Source: a plasmid
Reading direction: 5' to 3' (one strand)
Sequence record: NZ_CP123987.1
Length of the DNA stretch: 64,000 nucleotides
The translations under genes and the position numbers were made by a program. Positions 40,859 through 51,626 of this stretch are shown piece after piece. The notes below the pieces were generated by a model. That model saw only the letters and a program-made list of their open reading frames with translations, was not told where the DNA came from and did no database searches. Each line of letters begins with the position of its first letter. The first letter of the stretch is position 1.

Positions 40859-41163
40859 AGCCTCCTTTGTGATTTTTAAGAAAACGCTTTCTACACTGTT
40901 AATACTACACCTTAGTTAAATTAAATTCAATGAAAAATCGTTCACAATGTTTTTTATTTTCAAAAAATCTTATAAACGCTATCATTTATTTTAATCATTA
41001 TAAATGTTAATATGACAATATTTTTGACAACAGTTTATAAACTTTAAAAATGTGATTTATGTATCAAAATATAAATTTCATTAATTTTATTTTAGAATTT
41101 CTTAAAATTACAAAAAAAGACCCTATATCCAAAAAAATTTAGATATAGAGTCTTTAAAAGTAT

Positions 41164-41751
41164 TTATACTGATGCCCCTAAAATAAAGGTAACTAACGTC
41201 GTTAACAATCCAGTTATAACATTTCGTAAAATTGTTTTGCTAGTTGAAACTTCGGAGTTGTGTGTACAAACTATCGCATTAATTGATAATGAGGCAATCA
41301 TCGCAATTAATGTAAATACCACGCGATGTTCTGGCCTTGCTAGGATCATCGTCAATAATGGAATCATTGCCCCAATTATAAATGAACAGAAAGAACTGGC
41401 TGCAGCATGAAATGGCATTAAGATATCGTTCTTTTGCAATTTTATCGGACAATTTTCACAGTCTTCATTTTCCAACTGTCTTTCCATTGTTTTTTCTTGA
41501 ATATCTCTTTGAGTACTTACAGATATCCATTCTCCACCAGCCATTGAACAAGCTCCAGCTAGCATGCCAGACAAACCACTGATTAAAAGGGTCTTACTAT
41601 CAAGATTAGCCCCTGCAGCACCTAACACGATTCCAGATACTGAAATAATCCCATCATTGGCCCCTAAAATACTAGCCCTTATAACATTTAAACTATCCCA
41701 AAAAAAATTAGTCTTAACTTTCAATACATGCGTAACTTTCAATTTGTACAC
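41164..41751 (-). CDS. VIT1/CCC1-family membrane protein (putative Fe/Mn transporter)
   Basis: GANDGIISVSGIVLG and GMLAGACSMAGGEWISVSTQRD segments typical of the VIT family. Confidence 0.55.
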   Translation of the reverse strand: MYKLKVTHVLKVKTNFFWDSLNVIRASILGANDGIISVSGIVLGAAGANLDSKTLLISGLSGMLAGACSMAGGEWISVSTQRDIQEKTMERQLENEDCENCPIKLQKNDILMPFHAAASSFCSFIIGAMIPLLTMILARPEHRVVFTLIAMIASLSINAIVCTHNSEVSTSKTILRNVITGLLTTLVTFILGASV

Positions 41752-41934
41752 TTCCTCACGAAATATAAAAATAATACCGTTTTTATATATATATTTAAAT
41801 TATATAAATCGCTTTTATCACGATTAAATTATACATCATATGAGTAATTAGTACTAATTTAGCAAAATTTATAATTATATACACGTTTCACAATAATATA
41901 AAAAAGCATACTTAAAAAGTATGCTTTTTTATAA

Positions 41935-43368
41935 TTAACCTACACTACCATCCATTTGATACTCAATCAATCTATTCAATTCGACTGCATATTCCATTGG
42001 TAGTTCTTTAGTAAATGGTTCAACAAATCCCATAATAATCATTTCAGTAGCCTTTTCTTCAGAAATACCTCTACTCATCAAATAGTAAAGCTGATCTTCT
42101 GAAATTTTCGAAACTTTAGCTTCATGTTCCATTGATACATTACTATTTAATACTTCATTAAATGGAATTGTATCACTTGAAGACTCATCATCCATAATGA
42201 TAGTGTCACATTCAACGTGCGCAAACGAACCATCACTATCTCTATTAAACCTTACATACCCACGATAGTCAGCAATTCCTCCATCTTTACAGAGAGATTT
42301 TGATACAGTTGACGAATATGTATTCTTAGCATTATGAATCATTCTTGCACCAGTATCAGAGTCAATACCTTTGCCCGCAAATGCAATAGATAACATATTT
42401 CCATGTGCCCCTTCGCCATCTAAATAGATACTTGGATATTTCATAGTTACCTTGGAACCAAGATTCCCATCTACCCATTCCATAGTAGCATTTTCCAAAG
42501 CTCTGGCACGTTTTGTTTCCAAACTATATACGTTGTTGGACCAGTTTTGGATTGTTGTATAACGGCAATAAGCATCCCTCAAAACATTTACTTCAACAAC
42601 TGCCGCATGTAAGGAATCTTGTGAATAATTAGGAGCTGTACAACCTTCTACATAGTTAACACTAGCACCTTCATCGACAATGATTAGTGTTCTTTCAAAT
42701 TGTCCTGAATTTCCGGCATTAATTCGGAAGTAACTTTGAATAGGTGTTTCAACCTTTACTCCCTTAGGTACATAAATAAATGTTCCCCCAGACCAAACAG
42801 CTGTATTAAGAGCTGCCATTTTATTATCATCTGCTGGGATTAACTTTCCAAAATATTTCTTTACTAATTCTGGATATTCTTGAACTGCAGAATCTGTATC
42901 CATAAATATGATACCTTTTTTGGCAAAGTCTTCTTTCATATTATGGTAAACAACTTCTGATTCATATTGAGCAGAAGAACCAGCTAAATATTTACGTTCA
43001 GCTTCTGGTACACCCAAACGATCAAATGTATCTTTAATTTCTTGTGGTACATCTTCCCACTTTCTAGCTACCGTATCAGTATCACGTCTAAAATAATTAA
43101 TATGATCTAAGTCCAACTCTGACAAATCTGGTCCAAAATTAGCCATCTTCAAAGTCTTGTACTTTTCATAAGCAGCCAATCTAATATCTAGCATCCATTC
43201 AGGTTCATTTTTAGCTTTAGAAATATTTCTTACAACTTCTTCACTAAGACCTTCACCAGTTGTATAAATTGGTTCAATGTCATCTTTAAAGCCATATTTA
43301 TATTGGCCACCAATGTCTTTTATATCTTCACTAATCATTCTTTTCACCCTTTCCTTCATACTTCTCAA
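41935..43368 (-). CDS. sufB: Fe-S cluster assembly protein SufB
   Basis: 477 aa, SufB/SufD fold; last gene of sufCDSUB on this strand. Confidence 0.9.
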   Translation of the reverse strand: MRSMKERVKRMISEDIKDIGGQYKYGFKDDIEPIYTTGEGLSEEVVRNISKAKNEPEWMLDIRLAAYEKYKTLKMANFGPDLSELDLDHINYFRRDTDTVARKWEDVPQEIKDTFDRLGVPEAERKYLAGSSAQYESEVVYHNMKEDFAKKGIIFMDTDSAVQEYPELVKKYFGKLIPADDNKMAALNTAVWSGGTFIYVPKGVKVETPIQSYFRINAGNSGQFERTLIIVDEGASVNYVEGCTAPNYSQDSLHAAVVEVNVLRDAYCRYTTIQNWSNNVYSLETKRARALENATMEWVDGNLGSKVTMKYPSIYLDGEGAHGNMLSIAFAGKGIDSDTGARMIHNAKNTYSSTVSKSLCKDGGIADYRGYVRFNRDSDGSFAHVECDTIIMDDESSSDTIPFNEVLNSNVSMEHEAKVSKISEDQLYYLMSRGISEEKATEMIIMGFVEPFTKELPMEYAVELNRLIEYQMDGSVG

Positions 43369-43780
43369 TAAGTTGATAAATTGCCTTCCATGATAACATT
43401 GCGCATTTAATTCGAGCTGGGAATTGTTTAACCCCTTCTAAAATTATTGCCTCACCTAAAACTTTTCTATCAGGTTTTACTTCTTTTGTAATCATATCGG
43501 AAAATGACAATACCATGTTTTTTATTGTATCGAAGTCTTTATTTAATACTTCATTTGTCATAATACTTGCGGATGATTGAGAAATTGTGCAACCATAGCC
43601 ATCAAAAGCAATATCTTTTATCTTATTATCCTCAATTAATGCAGTTAAGGTAATAACATCCCCACAAGTCGGATTTCTCAATTCAACTTCAACACTTTTA
43701 TTTTCCAACTTACCTTTATGTCGTGGATGGTTAGCTTCTTCTAAAATTGCTTGTCGATATAAATTATTTAAATTACTCAT
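43331..43780 (-). CDS. sufU: SUF-system NifU-like Fe-S scaffold SufU
   Basis: 149 aa; NPTCGD...GYGCTIS motifs. Confidence 0.85.
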   Translation of the reverse strand: MSNLNNLYRQAILEEANHPRHKGKLENKSVEVELRNPTCGDVITLTALIEDNKIKDIAFDGYGCTISQSSASIMTNEVLNKDFDTIKNMVLSFSDMITKEVKPDRKVLGEAIILEGVKQFPARIKCAMLSWKAIYQLIEKYEGKGEKND

Positions 43781-45006
43781 ATTTGGAAAAATTCCTCTAC
43801 TTTCTTTAGAGAATCTACTAATTTGTCGATTTCTTCATAAGTATTATAAAAATAGAAACTTGCTCTCAAAGTAGCACTAACACCTAACCAATCCATAAGT
43901 GGTTGTGCACAATGGTGACCAGCTCTAACTGCAATTCCATCAGCATCCAAAAAGGTTGCTACATCATGAGGATGAATACCTTTCAAATTAAAGGATACTA
44001 CTCCACATCTTTGATTAGGATCTTTAGGACCATAAAATTCAATAGACTTGATATTAGCTAACTTTTCGAGTGCATACTTTTGTAAGTCCTCATCGTTTCG
44101 AGCCACATTTTCCATTCCGATTTCTTCTAAATAATCAATCGCAGCACCAAGACCTAGTACGCCTTCAATATTTTGTGTTCCACCTTCAAAATTCCAAGGA
44201 ATCTCTTTGAATGTTGATTTTTCAGTTGTTACACTGTCAATCATTTCTCCACCATATTCTAAAGGATGCATTTTTTCTAAGAGTTCATACTTTCCCCAGA
44301 GAACACCAATTCCAGTAGGTCCTAGCATCTTATGGCCAGAAAATACATAAAAGTCTGCTTCTAAATCTTGCATATCTACTGGTAAATGTGGCACAGATTG
44401 AGCACCATCAACTACTAAAATTGCATTACTTTGATGAACAATAGCTGCAATTTCTTTAATTGGATTAATTGTTCCTAAAACGTTAGAAACATGAGTAACT
44501 GCTACAATCTTTGTTTTATCAGTAATCTTTTGCTTTAAATCATCTAAATCAAGTTTACCTTCTTCAGTTAAAGTTACATACTTTACCTTTAGATTCTTTT
44601 CTTGTGCAATTGCTTGCCATGGAACAATATTACTGTGATGCTCCATATAGGTGGTAACAATTTCATCGCCTTCATGCAAGTTATATCTAACATAACCTTG
44701 TGCTATCCAGTTCAAACTTTGAGTTGTTCCCTTGGTAAAAAGTACTTCCTCATCGCGATAAGCATTAATAAACTTTGCCACTTTATGTCTTACATTTTCA
44801 TATTTATCAGTTGTTTTGACTGCTAAATTGTAGACACCGCGATGAATATTGCTATTGTATTTATTATAGTAGTCTGCAATTTCGTCAATTACTTGCTTAG
44901 GCTTTTGCGAAGTAGCTGCACTATCTAAGTAAGTTAAAGGCTGATCGTTCATTTTAGTTTCTAAAAGAGGAAAATCTTTTCTTAAATCACTAGTTTTCTT
45001 CATCAT
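43777..45006 (-). CDS. sufS: cysteine desulfurase SufS
   Basis: 409 aa; PLP Lys in SGHKMLGPTG; catalytic Cys in RAGHHCAQP. Confidence 0.9.
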   Translation of the reverse strand: MMKKTSDLRKDFPLLETKMNDQPLTYLDSAATSQKPKQVIDEIADYYNKYNSNIHRGVYNLAVKTTDKYENVRHKVAKFINAYRDEEVLFTKGTTQSLNWIAQGYVRYNLHEGDEIVTTYMEHHSNIVPWQAIAQEKNLKVKYVTLTEEGKLDLDDLKQKITDKTKIVAVTHVSNVLGTINPIKEIAAIVHQSNAILVVDGAQSVPHLPVDMQDLEADFYVFSGHKMLGPTGIGVLWGKYELLEKMHPLEYGGEMIDSVTTEKSTFKEIPWNFEGGTQNIEGVLGLGAAIDYLEEIGMENVARNDEDLQKYALEKLANIKSIEFYGPKDPNQRCGVVSFNLKGIHPHDVATFLDADGIAVRAGHHCAQPLMDWLGVSATLRASFYFYNTYEEIDKLVDSLKKVEEFFQI

Positions 45007-46240
45007 AACTTACCTTTCTTTCAATCAATTCACTAAACTCATTGCGAATTTCTTTCAAAGGTATTTCATCTAAAACAGGAGCTAGGAAACCTCTAATTAC
45101 TAATTTTTCAGCTAAACGTTTTTGTAAGCCACGACTCATTAAGTAGTACAATTGTTCAGGATTTACACGACCAATACTTGCCGCATGTCCTGCAGTAACA
45201 TCATTATCATCAATTAGTAAGATTGGATTAGCATCCCCTCTAGCTTGTGGAGATAACATTAAAATACGACTTTCTTGTTGTGCATCAGAACCTTTACTTC
45301 TCTTCATTACATGTCCAATGCCGTTGAAAGTTAGTTCGGATGCATCTAAAGCAACACCATGTTGTAAGATATGGCCGATCGTATTCTTTCCAATATTTGT
45401 AACTCGTGTATCGATTCCTTGAATTTGATCACTTGTTGAAATACCTACGACTTTTAATTCAGCATGAGAGCCATCGCCAACTAAATCAGAATCAAAATCA
45501 CCGATTGTTAAACCAGAATTCATCATACCCATTGCCCAGTCAATCTTAGAGTCTCTTTGTAAGTATCCACGACGATTCATATAGGCAGTTGTGTTCTTAC
45601 TTAAATTATCAACACTAGCAAAGTGAATGCGACTTCCATTACCGGCAATAACTTCAACTACAATATTGGCTGTATTACTCTTATCACCATCAGTTTTTAA
45701 ACGTTCTACATAAGATAGCGAACTATTTGCTTCCGTAACAATTAATACATGATGAACATAATCTCCTTCAACTCGTGAATTTTGGATATATTCACAAATT
45801 AATGGTGTTTCTAAATCTACATTTTTAGGTACATAGACTAAAACACCACTTTGAAGATTTGCTACATGTTCTGCTAATAGACGATTATCGTCCATTTTTA
45901 GTCCTTTTTCCATAAAGTATTTCTTCATAATATCTTCATGGTTAACCAGAGCATCCTCAAAATCTTCAACAATTACTCCCTTATCAAGAAATTCTTGTGG
46001 TAGTTTAATTTGTGCTTTGTCACTTGCATATTGATAAACATCAGCATTGGTATCAAATTCAGGTTGATTATCAATTGCAGTTGTTCCATCAACATTTATG
46101 TTCCAATCATGATATTTAATCTTTTGGAAACTAGGTAATTTAGTAGTTTCAATTAGTTGCTTAGCTTCATTTCGCTTAGCTTTAAACCATTCGGGCTCTT
46201 TTCGAAGTTCAATTAATTCATCTATGGATAGTTGTTTCAT
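44990..46240 (-). CDS. sufD: Fe-S cluster assembly protein SufD
   Basis: 416 aa SufBD-family, between sufC and sufS. Confidence 0.85.
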   Translation of the reverse strand: MKQLSIDELIELRKEPEWFKAKRNEAKQLIETTKLPSFQKIKYHDWNINVDGTTAIDNQPEFDTNADVYQYASDKAQIKLPQEFLDKGVIVEDFEDALVNHEDIMKKYFMEKGLKMDDNRLLAEHVANLQSGVLVYVPKNVDLETPLICEYIQNSRVEGDYVHHVLIVTEANSSLSYVERLKTDGDKSNTANIVVEVIAGNGSRIHFASVDNLSKNTTAYMNRRGYLQRDSKIDWAMGMMNSGLTIGDFDSDLVGDGSHAELKVVGISTSDQIQGIDTRVTNIGKNTIGHILQHGVALDASELTFNGIGHVMKRSKGSDAQQESRILMLSPQARGDANPILLIDDNDVTAGHAASIGRVNPEQLYYLMSRGLQKRLAEKLVIRGFLAPVLDEIPLKEIRNEFSELIERKVSYDEEN

Positions 46241-46252
46241 TGTACAAGCCCC

Positions 46253-47032
46253 CTAAGCATTTTCATCAACTAATTTAATATCTAAACCAAGTTCATCACG
46301 AAGTTTTGCATATCCTTCTTTTTCCAAACGGATTGCCAAATCTGGACCACCAGTTTTAACAAGACGACCGTCCATCATAACATGTACATAATCTGGAATA
46401 ATATAGTTTAAAAGTCTTTGATAGTGAGTAATGATCAAGGATCCAAAATTATCGCCACGCATTTGGTTAACCCCACGAGAAACAACCTTAAGAGCATCAA
46501 TATCTAGTCCAGAGTCGATTTCATCTAAAATTGCGAATTCAGGTCTGATCATCATCATTTGCATAATTTCATTACGTTTCTTTTCACCACCAGAAAAGCC
46601 TTCATTCAAATATCTGTCAGCCATTTCTTCAGACATATCCAATGTTTCTAAAGTTTCATCCAAACGTTTGATGAAGTCCATTAAAGGAATTGGATCATCT
46701 TTAGGACGACGAGCATTAATTGCACTCTTAACAAATTCTGCATTAGTTACTCCTGGAATTTCTTGTGGATATTGCATTGCTAAAAATAGTCCCATTCTAG
46801 CACGTTCATCAACCGGTAAATCAATAATGCTTTTACCATTTAACAAAATATCCCCTTTAGTAATCTTATAAGCAGGATCGCCCATAATAGTTGAAGAAAG
46901 TGTTGATTTCCCGGTACCGTTTGGACCCATGATTGCATGAATCTCACCAGTTGACATCTTCAAATTAACACCTTTCAATATTTTCTTTCCTTCAACAGTT
47001 ACATGTAAATCTTTAACTTCTAATACTGACAT
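46253..47032 (-). CDS. sufC: Fe-S cluster assembly ATPase SufC
   Basis: Walker A GPNGTGKST, signature FSGGEKKR. Confidence 0.9.
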   Translation of the reverse strand: MSVLEVKDLHVTVEGKKILKGVNLKMSTGEIHAIMGPNGTGKSTLSSTIMGDPAYKITKGDILLNGKSIIDLPVDERARMGLFLAMQYPQEIPGVTNAEFVKSAINARRPKDDPIPLMDFIKRLDETLETLDMSEEMADRYLNEGFSGGEKKRNEIMQMMMIRPEFAILDEIDSGLDIDALKVVSRGVNQMRGDNFGSLIITHYQRLLNYIIPDYVHVMMDGRLVKTGGPDLAIRLEKEGYAKLRDELGLDIKLVDENA

Positions 47033-47256
47033 TTAAATCACCACTATAAAATAGTTACCTTTCCTGGAATTTTCTTATCAATAATAATTATAAGACAAAT
47101 TACTCAACATAACGATTAGATTTAAGTATTTTTACAATATATATCCTTAAATTTATTTGTAATTAAGTAATAATCTTTATAATAAGTTTACAAATATAGA
47201 ATAACGCTTACATACAACATAATCAATACTCTTATGCAAATTATTTAGCACAACTT

Positions 47257-47289
47257 AAAAACTCGCCTAGAAATCATTCTAGACGAGTT
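47257..47289 (-). terminator. rho-independent terminator of the oppA-like gene
   Basis: stem aactcgtctag..ctaggcgagtt followed by T5 on the minus strand. Confidence 0.65.
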
Positions 47290-47294
47290 CTTAC

Positions 47295-48929
47295 CTATTT
47301 AATATAAGCGTATTTGTAGTTCCATTGTGTACCTGCAGTATTTTGAATAATACCCTTTACTTTGGTATTTTGCATATAAGATGTTGTTTGTTGATATAGA
47401 GGTGTTACCCCTTGATCAGCATTAAAGAGTCGAGCAGCTTTAACTAAATCTTCCCAACGTTTATTAGCATCATTGGCATCTTCATTTTGTGCTTTTTCAA
47501 TTAAAGCATCGTACTCTTTATTAGAGTACTTTCCATAATTGTATGAAGTTCCTGTAACTGGAATTTGCATGAAAGTGATTGGATCTTTAAAGTCTCCACT
47601 CCAACCAGATACATAAATGTCATAGTTACCTTTACGAGCTTTAGATAATGCGCTATTTCCAGGAATATTTTGTACGGAAACCTTAATTCCTGGCAATACC
47701 TTTGTATATTGTGATTGTAGATATTGAGTTAAAGCATCATTATTAGCCATTTCATTGGAAGCTAGAATTGTGAAATTCAAATTCTTTTCACCAATTTCTT
47801 GTAATCCTTTTTTCCAATATTCTCTAGCTAATTTCTCATTGTAATCAACTGTATTATCTACTTTTTGTTCTGCAGCGAAATCTTTACCTGTTTTTGGATT
47901 AGTAGCTAAATCAGATGCTACAAAACCAGTTGGTACATTAGATCCATCGCCGAAAACTTTCTTTGTAAGTGTCTTTCTGTCAATCGCTAATGATAAAGCT
48001 AATCTAATATTTTTATTATTTAGTGCCTTACGATTTACTTCATTAGAATCATTAAAGTTATAGTCTAAATATGCAACGTAAGAATAAGAGTATTGCTTGA
48101 ATTCTGGCTTGTTATGTAGATTCTTAACTTGTTCACTAGATAATGGTGTTAAATCTAACTTACCTTGTTGGAATAATTGATAACCTGTATTGGTATTTTT
48201 AACTACTTGATAGTTAATCTTTTGTAGTTTTACCACTTTTTTATCCCAATATTGATTATTCTTTACAAATGACCACTTATCCGAAGTACCATTCCAGTCT
48301 TTAACTTTAAATGGTCCTGAGTACACCATGTATTTAGAATTAGTTCCATATTTCTTACCATACTTTTGTACCACTTTTTCACTTTGTGGTCCAAATAATG
48401 GATATGTCATTAAGACTTTAAAATATGATATAGGTCTATCTAACGTAATAACAACCTTATTATCACCTTCAGCCTTTATTCCTAATTTATCAGCTGACAT
48501 TTTACCTTCATTGATAGCTTGGGCATTCTTTACATCATAGAACAAATAAGCATATGGTGAAGCTGTCTTAGGATCAATTGTTCTTTTCCAAGAATATACA
48601 AAATCTTGAGCAGTAATCTTATCTCCATTACTCCACTTTGCATCTCTCAAAGTAAAAGTCCATGTTTTGCCATCTTGTGAAACTTGACCACTTTTAGCTA
48701 ATCCAGGAGTTACCTTGCCATCTTTACCTAAACGATAAAAACTTTCAAAAACATTCCCAGTTTGACCATAACCTGTAGACTTAGAAATATCAATGGTATC
48801 CAATGGTCCAGTTGTACTTAGATTTAAAACTTGTTTAGAATTTTCACCAGTTGATTTACCACATGCAACTAACAAAATTGCGGTTAAGCTTATAAATATT
48901 CCAGTAATAATTGCTTTAATTCTTTTCAT
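47295..48929 (-). CDS. oppA: oligopeptide ABC transporter substrate-binding lipoprotein (OppA-like, family 5 SBP)
   Basis: 544 aa; signal peptide with LVACGK lipobox; family-5 SBP features. Confidence 0.85.
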   Translation of the reverse strand: MKRIKAIITGIFISLTAILLVACGKSTGENSKQVLNLSTTGPLDTIDISKSTGYGQTGNVFESFYRLGKDGKVTPGLAKSGQVSQDGKTWTFTLRDAKWSNGDKITAQDFVYSWKRTIDPKTASPYAYLFYDVKNAQAINEGKMSADKLGIKAEGDNKVVITLDRPISYFKVLMTYPLFGPQSEKVVQKYGKKYGTNSKYMVYSGPFKVKDWNGTSDKWSFVKNNQYWDKKVVKLQKINYQVVKNTNTGYQLFQQGKLDLTPLSSEQVKNLHNKPEFKQYSYSYVAYLDYNFNDSNEVNRKALNNKNIRLALSLAIDRKTLTKKVFGDGSNVPTGFVASDLATNPKTGKDFAAEQKVDNTVDYNEKLAREYWKKGLQEIGEKNLNFTILASNEMANNDALTQYLQSQYTKVLPGIKVSVQNIPGNSALSKARKGNYDIYVSGWSGDFKDPITFMQIPVTGTSYNYGKYSNKEYDALIEKAQNEDANDANKRWEDLVKAARLFNADQGVTPLYQQTTSYMQNTKVKGIIQNTAGTQWNYKYAYIK

Positions 48930-49115
48930 CTTTATTTTCCCCTTTATGTAAAATATGTTTTTTAATCTATAAACAGTTCATCATCCATCCTTCCAAATAA
49001 ACAAAAAGGACTTGCAACTCCAAAAAATTAGAATCGCAAGTCCAGTTATTATTATCTCATATAATCTAACTGATTAAATTAATCTGCATCGGTACCGATA
49101 ATAAATATATACAGT

Positions 49116-49226
49116 TTAATCCAATCTTGGAAGTGTGAATCTAATTTTCTGCATGCCAAAACCCATGTTTCCTACTGGACAACATGTTACCAAACAACAG
49201 CATTGTGTATTGATAAAGTTTGACAT
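49116..49226 (-). CDS. candidate small Cys-rich peptide (36 aa: MSNFINTQCCCLVTCCPVGNMGFGMQKIRFTLPRLD)
   Basis: own translation; AGGAG RBS 11 nt upstream; hairpin plus T-run terminator (about 48995-49043) downstream on the same strand. Confidence 0.3.
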   Translation of the reverse strand: MSNFINTQCCCLVTCCPVGNMGFGMQKIRFTLPRLD

Positions 49227-49337
49227 AGTGATTCACACTCCTCTCATTTCTTTAACCAAATCATATAACCTTACTATACTTTTGTCAATAAATTTTAATT
49301 ATAAGTTTGTATTTTCTAATTTTTGGTAAAAATAATA

Positions 49338-49526
49338 TTACTTATTTAATAAACTCTCTAATTCAGCTAAATTGCTTGCTCGTTCTAATTTAGAATCATT
49401 TAAATCATCTATCATCTCTAAGATAGAATAATTTATCCTAGAAGAAGGGGCCCTCCAATCTAATCTACGCACAACTAAAGCTTTTTTAGATTCTATCTTA
49501 ATCTTATTAACTCTACTTTTTTTCAT
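49338..49526 (-). CDS. small hypothetical protein downstream of HicB-like gene
   Basis: 62-aa ORF co-oriented with the two upstream small genes. Confidence 0.3.
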   Translation of the reverse strand: MKKSRVNKIKIESKKALVVRRLDWRAPSSRINYSILEMIDDLNDSKLERASNLAELESLLNK

Positions 49527-49643
49527 AATACATCACTTTCCATAAAAGTATACATCCTATTTGTCGACCAAATTTCTAATCGCTCTATTTATACTGTCAG
49601 AAATATCTTCATCACGAAGTTCAGAATATAAATATAATTTTTC

Positions 49644-49910
49644 TTACAAATCTGGTTCTAAGTTAATTACAATGTTCTGCTTGTAAGGTTTTTCAGGAGT
49701 CATATTGTGATTTTTGCAACACTCAAAATAATCATCAATTGTATCTTCAAAATCATCTTTCAATTCTTGTAATGTATTTCCTTCATAGGATAATAAACTT
49801 CTAATCCCCAAAACTTCGCCATGTAAAATATTATCCTCTAAAGAATACTCTATTGTTCCTTTGTAACCTCTATAGCTCATGACTTCTTGCATTTTTATGT
49901 TTCCTTTCAA
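49644..49910 (-). CDS. hicB: HicB-family antitoxin-like protein
   Basis: 88 aa; YSLEDNILHGEVLGI...GNTLQELKDDFEDTIDDYFE pattern typical of HicB. Confidence 0.55.
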   Translation of the reverse strand: MKGNIKMQEVMSYRGYKGTIEYSLEDNILHGEVLGIRSLLSYEGNTLQELKDDFEDTIDDYFECCKNHNMTPEKPYKQNIVINLEPDL

Positions 49911-49913
49911 TTA

Positions 49914-50195
49914 TTATCTATTTAACTGTATAGTCCAAGTTAAATTGAATAAAAAAACAACATCCCCGTCAACAACGAGGATGTCTTCGATTGTGGTATG
50001 TAGAACCTTACTGAGAATGACTAAGTTATCCAAACTAGGTAGTGATCTACCAGATAACCATTTATAAATGGATTGTGGGTTCTCAAATCCCATAACTGAT
50101 TGAATATCACGTACACTGTACCCATTATTTTTGAATAAACTTTTTAGATTAGCACCAGTTTTTTCTGAATTTATCGAAACATACATTGGCTTCAT
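49914..50195 (-). CDS. small XRE-like HTH regulator
   Basis: 93 aa; HTH-like LKSLFKNNGYSVRDIQSVMGF..IYKWLSGRSLPSLDNLVILSKVL; 3-bp gap to the HicB-like gene. Confidence 0.5.
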   Translation of the reverse strand: MKPMYVSINSEKTGANLKSLFKNNGYSVRDIQSVMGFENPQSIYKWLSGRSLPSLDNLVILSKVLHTTIEDILVVDGDVVFLFNLTWTIQLNR

Positions 50196-50972
50196 GAAAT
50201 CACCTCAATTTAATTATACATACCTCGAACATTTAATACCAAAAATAGCCAACGCAAAATTTGCATTGACTAAAAATTATGTAAACCGACGCGTATTGGC
50301 TTACGTGGGATACTCTTGTATCTGGACTTATTAGACTACTGAATCAGACTAGCACATCATGGCTAGCAACTTCCATGACCTAGTCCGCATTTCAAGTTCA
50401 GGGCATAGACCTTTTCCTATCCAATTTTCACCAAACATGTGCAATGTTCCAGTTAATGTAATATTGTCGATTTTGGCTACTCAAACCTTACTCGTCAGTT
50501 ATAGCTGTGTCACCACAACTTCACGACACGAATTCTTAGTTGATATTCTTCTTTGGTTCCTAAGGTAATCAGCCTTAATTAACTGAAGATGGCATATTGC
50601 GAATCCCTGACGGCAAGTGTCTTAGTTTCAGATATGAGTCCCCTTGCTTCTCTCTACACAACTTTTTTTCGTTGCTCCCAATTAGTACATTAGAAAAAAT
50701 AAACGTATCCGTATATTTCGTCATAGTAGTTATTAAGAGACGTATGGCTAGGCGGCTTGTCACACCTCATCCACTAGCTTCATCGGTACACTTATATACT
50801 AACAAAGCTTAGGTCATTAAACTATAAACTGTTAGGTTAATTTGGGCGATTTCGACATAGGACCAATTTCTTAATTTATGCAAAATAAACTTTGATATCG
50901 CTTTATTTGCATAAATTTTAGAATTTCTCCTGTGTCTAATATTCAAAATTAGCTTTTCATCACCCCAAAATA

Positions 50973-51626
50973 TCAGTCTATTCTTTCTAATTCTATACTT
51001 CTAAAGATGAAATAATCTAAAATTGTTAATATCAAAATCCACATTGCACTAAAATAAAGTTTACTATTATCTGCATGAATCAAATAGTTAATAGGCCATG
51101 CTACGAAACACCAATAGGCTGACATTAAAGTTTTATTACTAGCAAAAATAATAAATAAAATCTCTACTAATGAAAATACTAAATTTATATATTTATTAGT
51201 AACCATATATAAAAACATGTGACTATGATTAAGTAATACTATCAATAGCCACATTGCTATTCCGCTGATTATCCCTAATTTAACTTGGGCTATGGAATAA
51301 CTTATTATCCACCATACAAAAAATGAAATCCACCATAATAATAAGTCTAAGATTAACGTTTTTATTGTAAGTAATTTCACTTGACTATACTTACGAACTT
51401 CTTGAAAATTATTTGCTTCTCTTTCTTGTTCAAAGCATATATTAGTTATCACAGAAATTAAAGATGGATAAGCTAGAGCAAATGCCAGTACAATATTTTT
51501 ATAAGTTAGTAAATTTCGATGCCAATACAAATACCCGTAGGCTGATGCAATTTCAAAAATAGTGAAACTTACTAATAGGTATATAGTAGGACTACTTTTT
51601 AATTTTAATAATTCACTTCTAATCAT
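50973..51626 (-). CDS. nisG: lantibiotic immunity ABC transporter permease, NisG homologue
   Basis: 217 aa, 6 TM; last gene of a nisFEG-like triplet. Confidence 0.75.
   Translation of the reverse strand: MIRSELLKLKSSPTIYLLVSFTIFEIASAYGYLYWHRNLLTYKNIVLAFALAYPSLISVITNICFEQEREANNFQEVRKYSQVKLLTIKTLILDLLLWWISFFVWWIISYSIAQVKLGIISGIAMWLLIVLLNHSHMFLYMVTNKYINLVFSLVEILFIIFASNKTLMSAYWCFVAWPINYLIHADNSKLYFSAMWILILTILDYFIFRSIELERID

Noticed and set aside
49135-49329. Plus-strand 64-aa ORF from the supplied track
   Set aside because: Low-complexity hydrophobic translation with no RBS; overlaps the better-supported minus-strand Cys-rich mini-ORF and terminator
50860-50925. Inverted repeat 50873-50918 as rho-independent terminator of nisG
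   Set aside because: On the minus strand it is not followed by a T-run, and on the plus strand only by TT; kept only as a structural element of the ORF-free region
50336-50972. Possible degraded 16S/23S rRNA fragment (short matches such as tcacgacacga, ccgatgaag)
   Set aside because: Only scattered 8-11 nt similarities, not colinear with rRNA and far too short; no conserved rRNA landmark sequences
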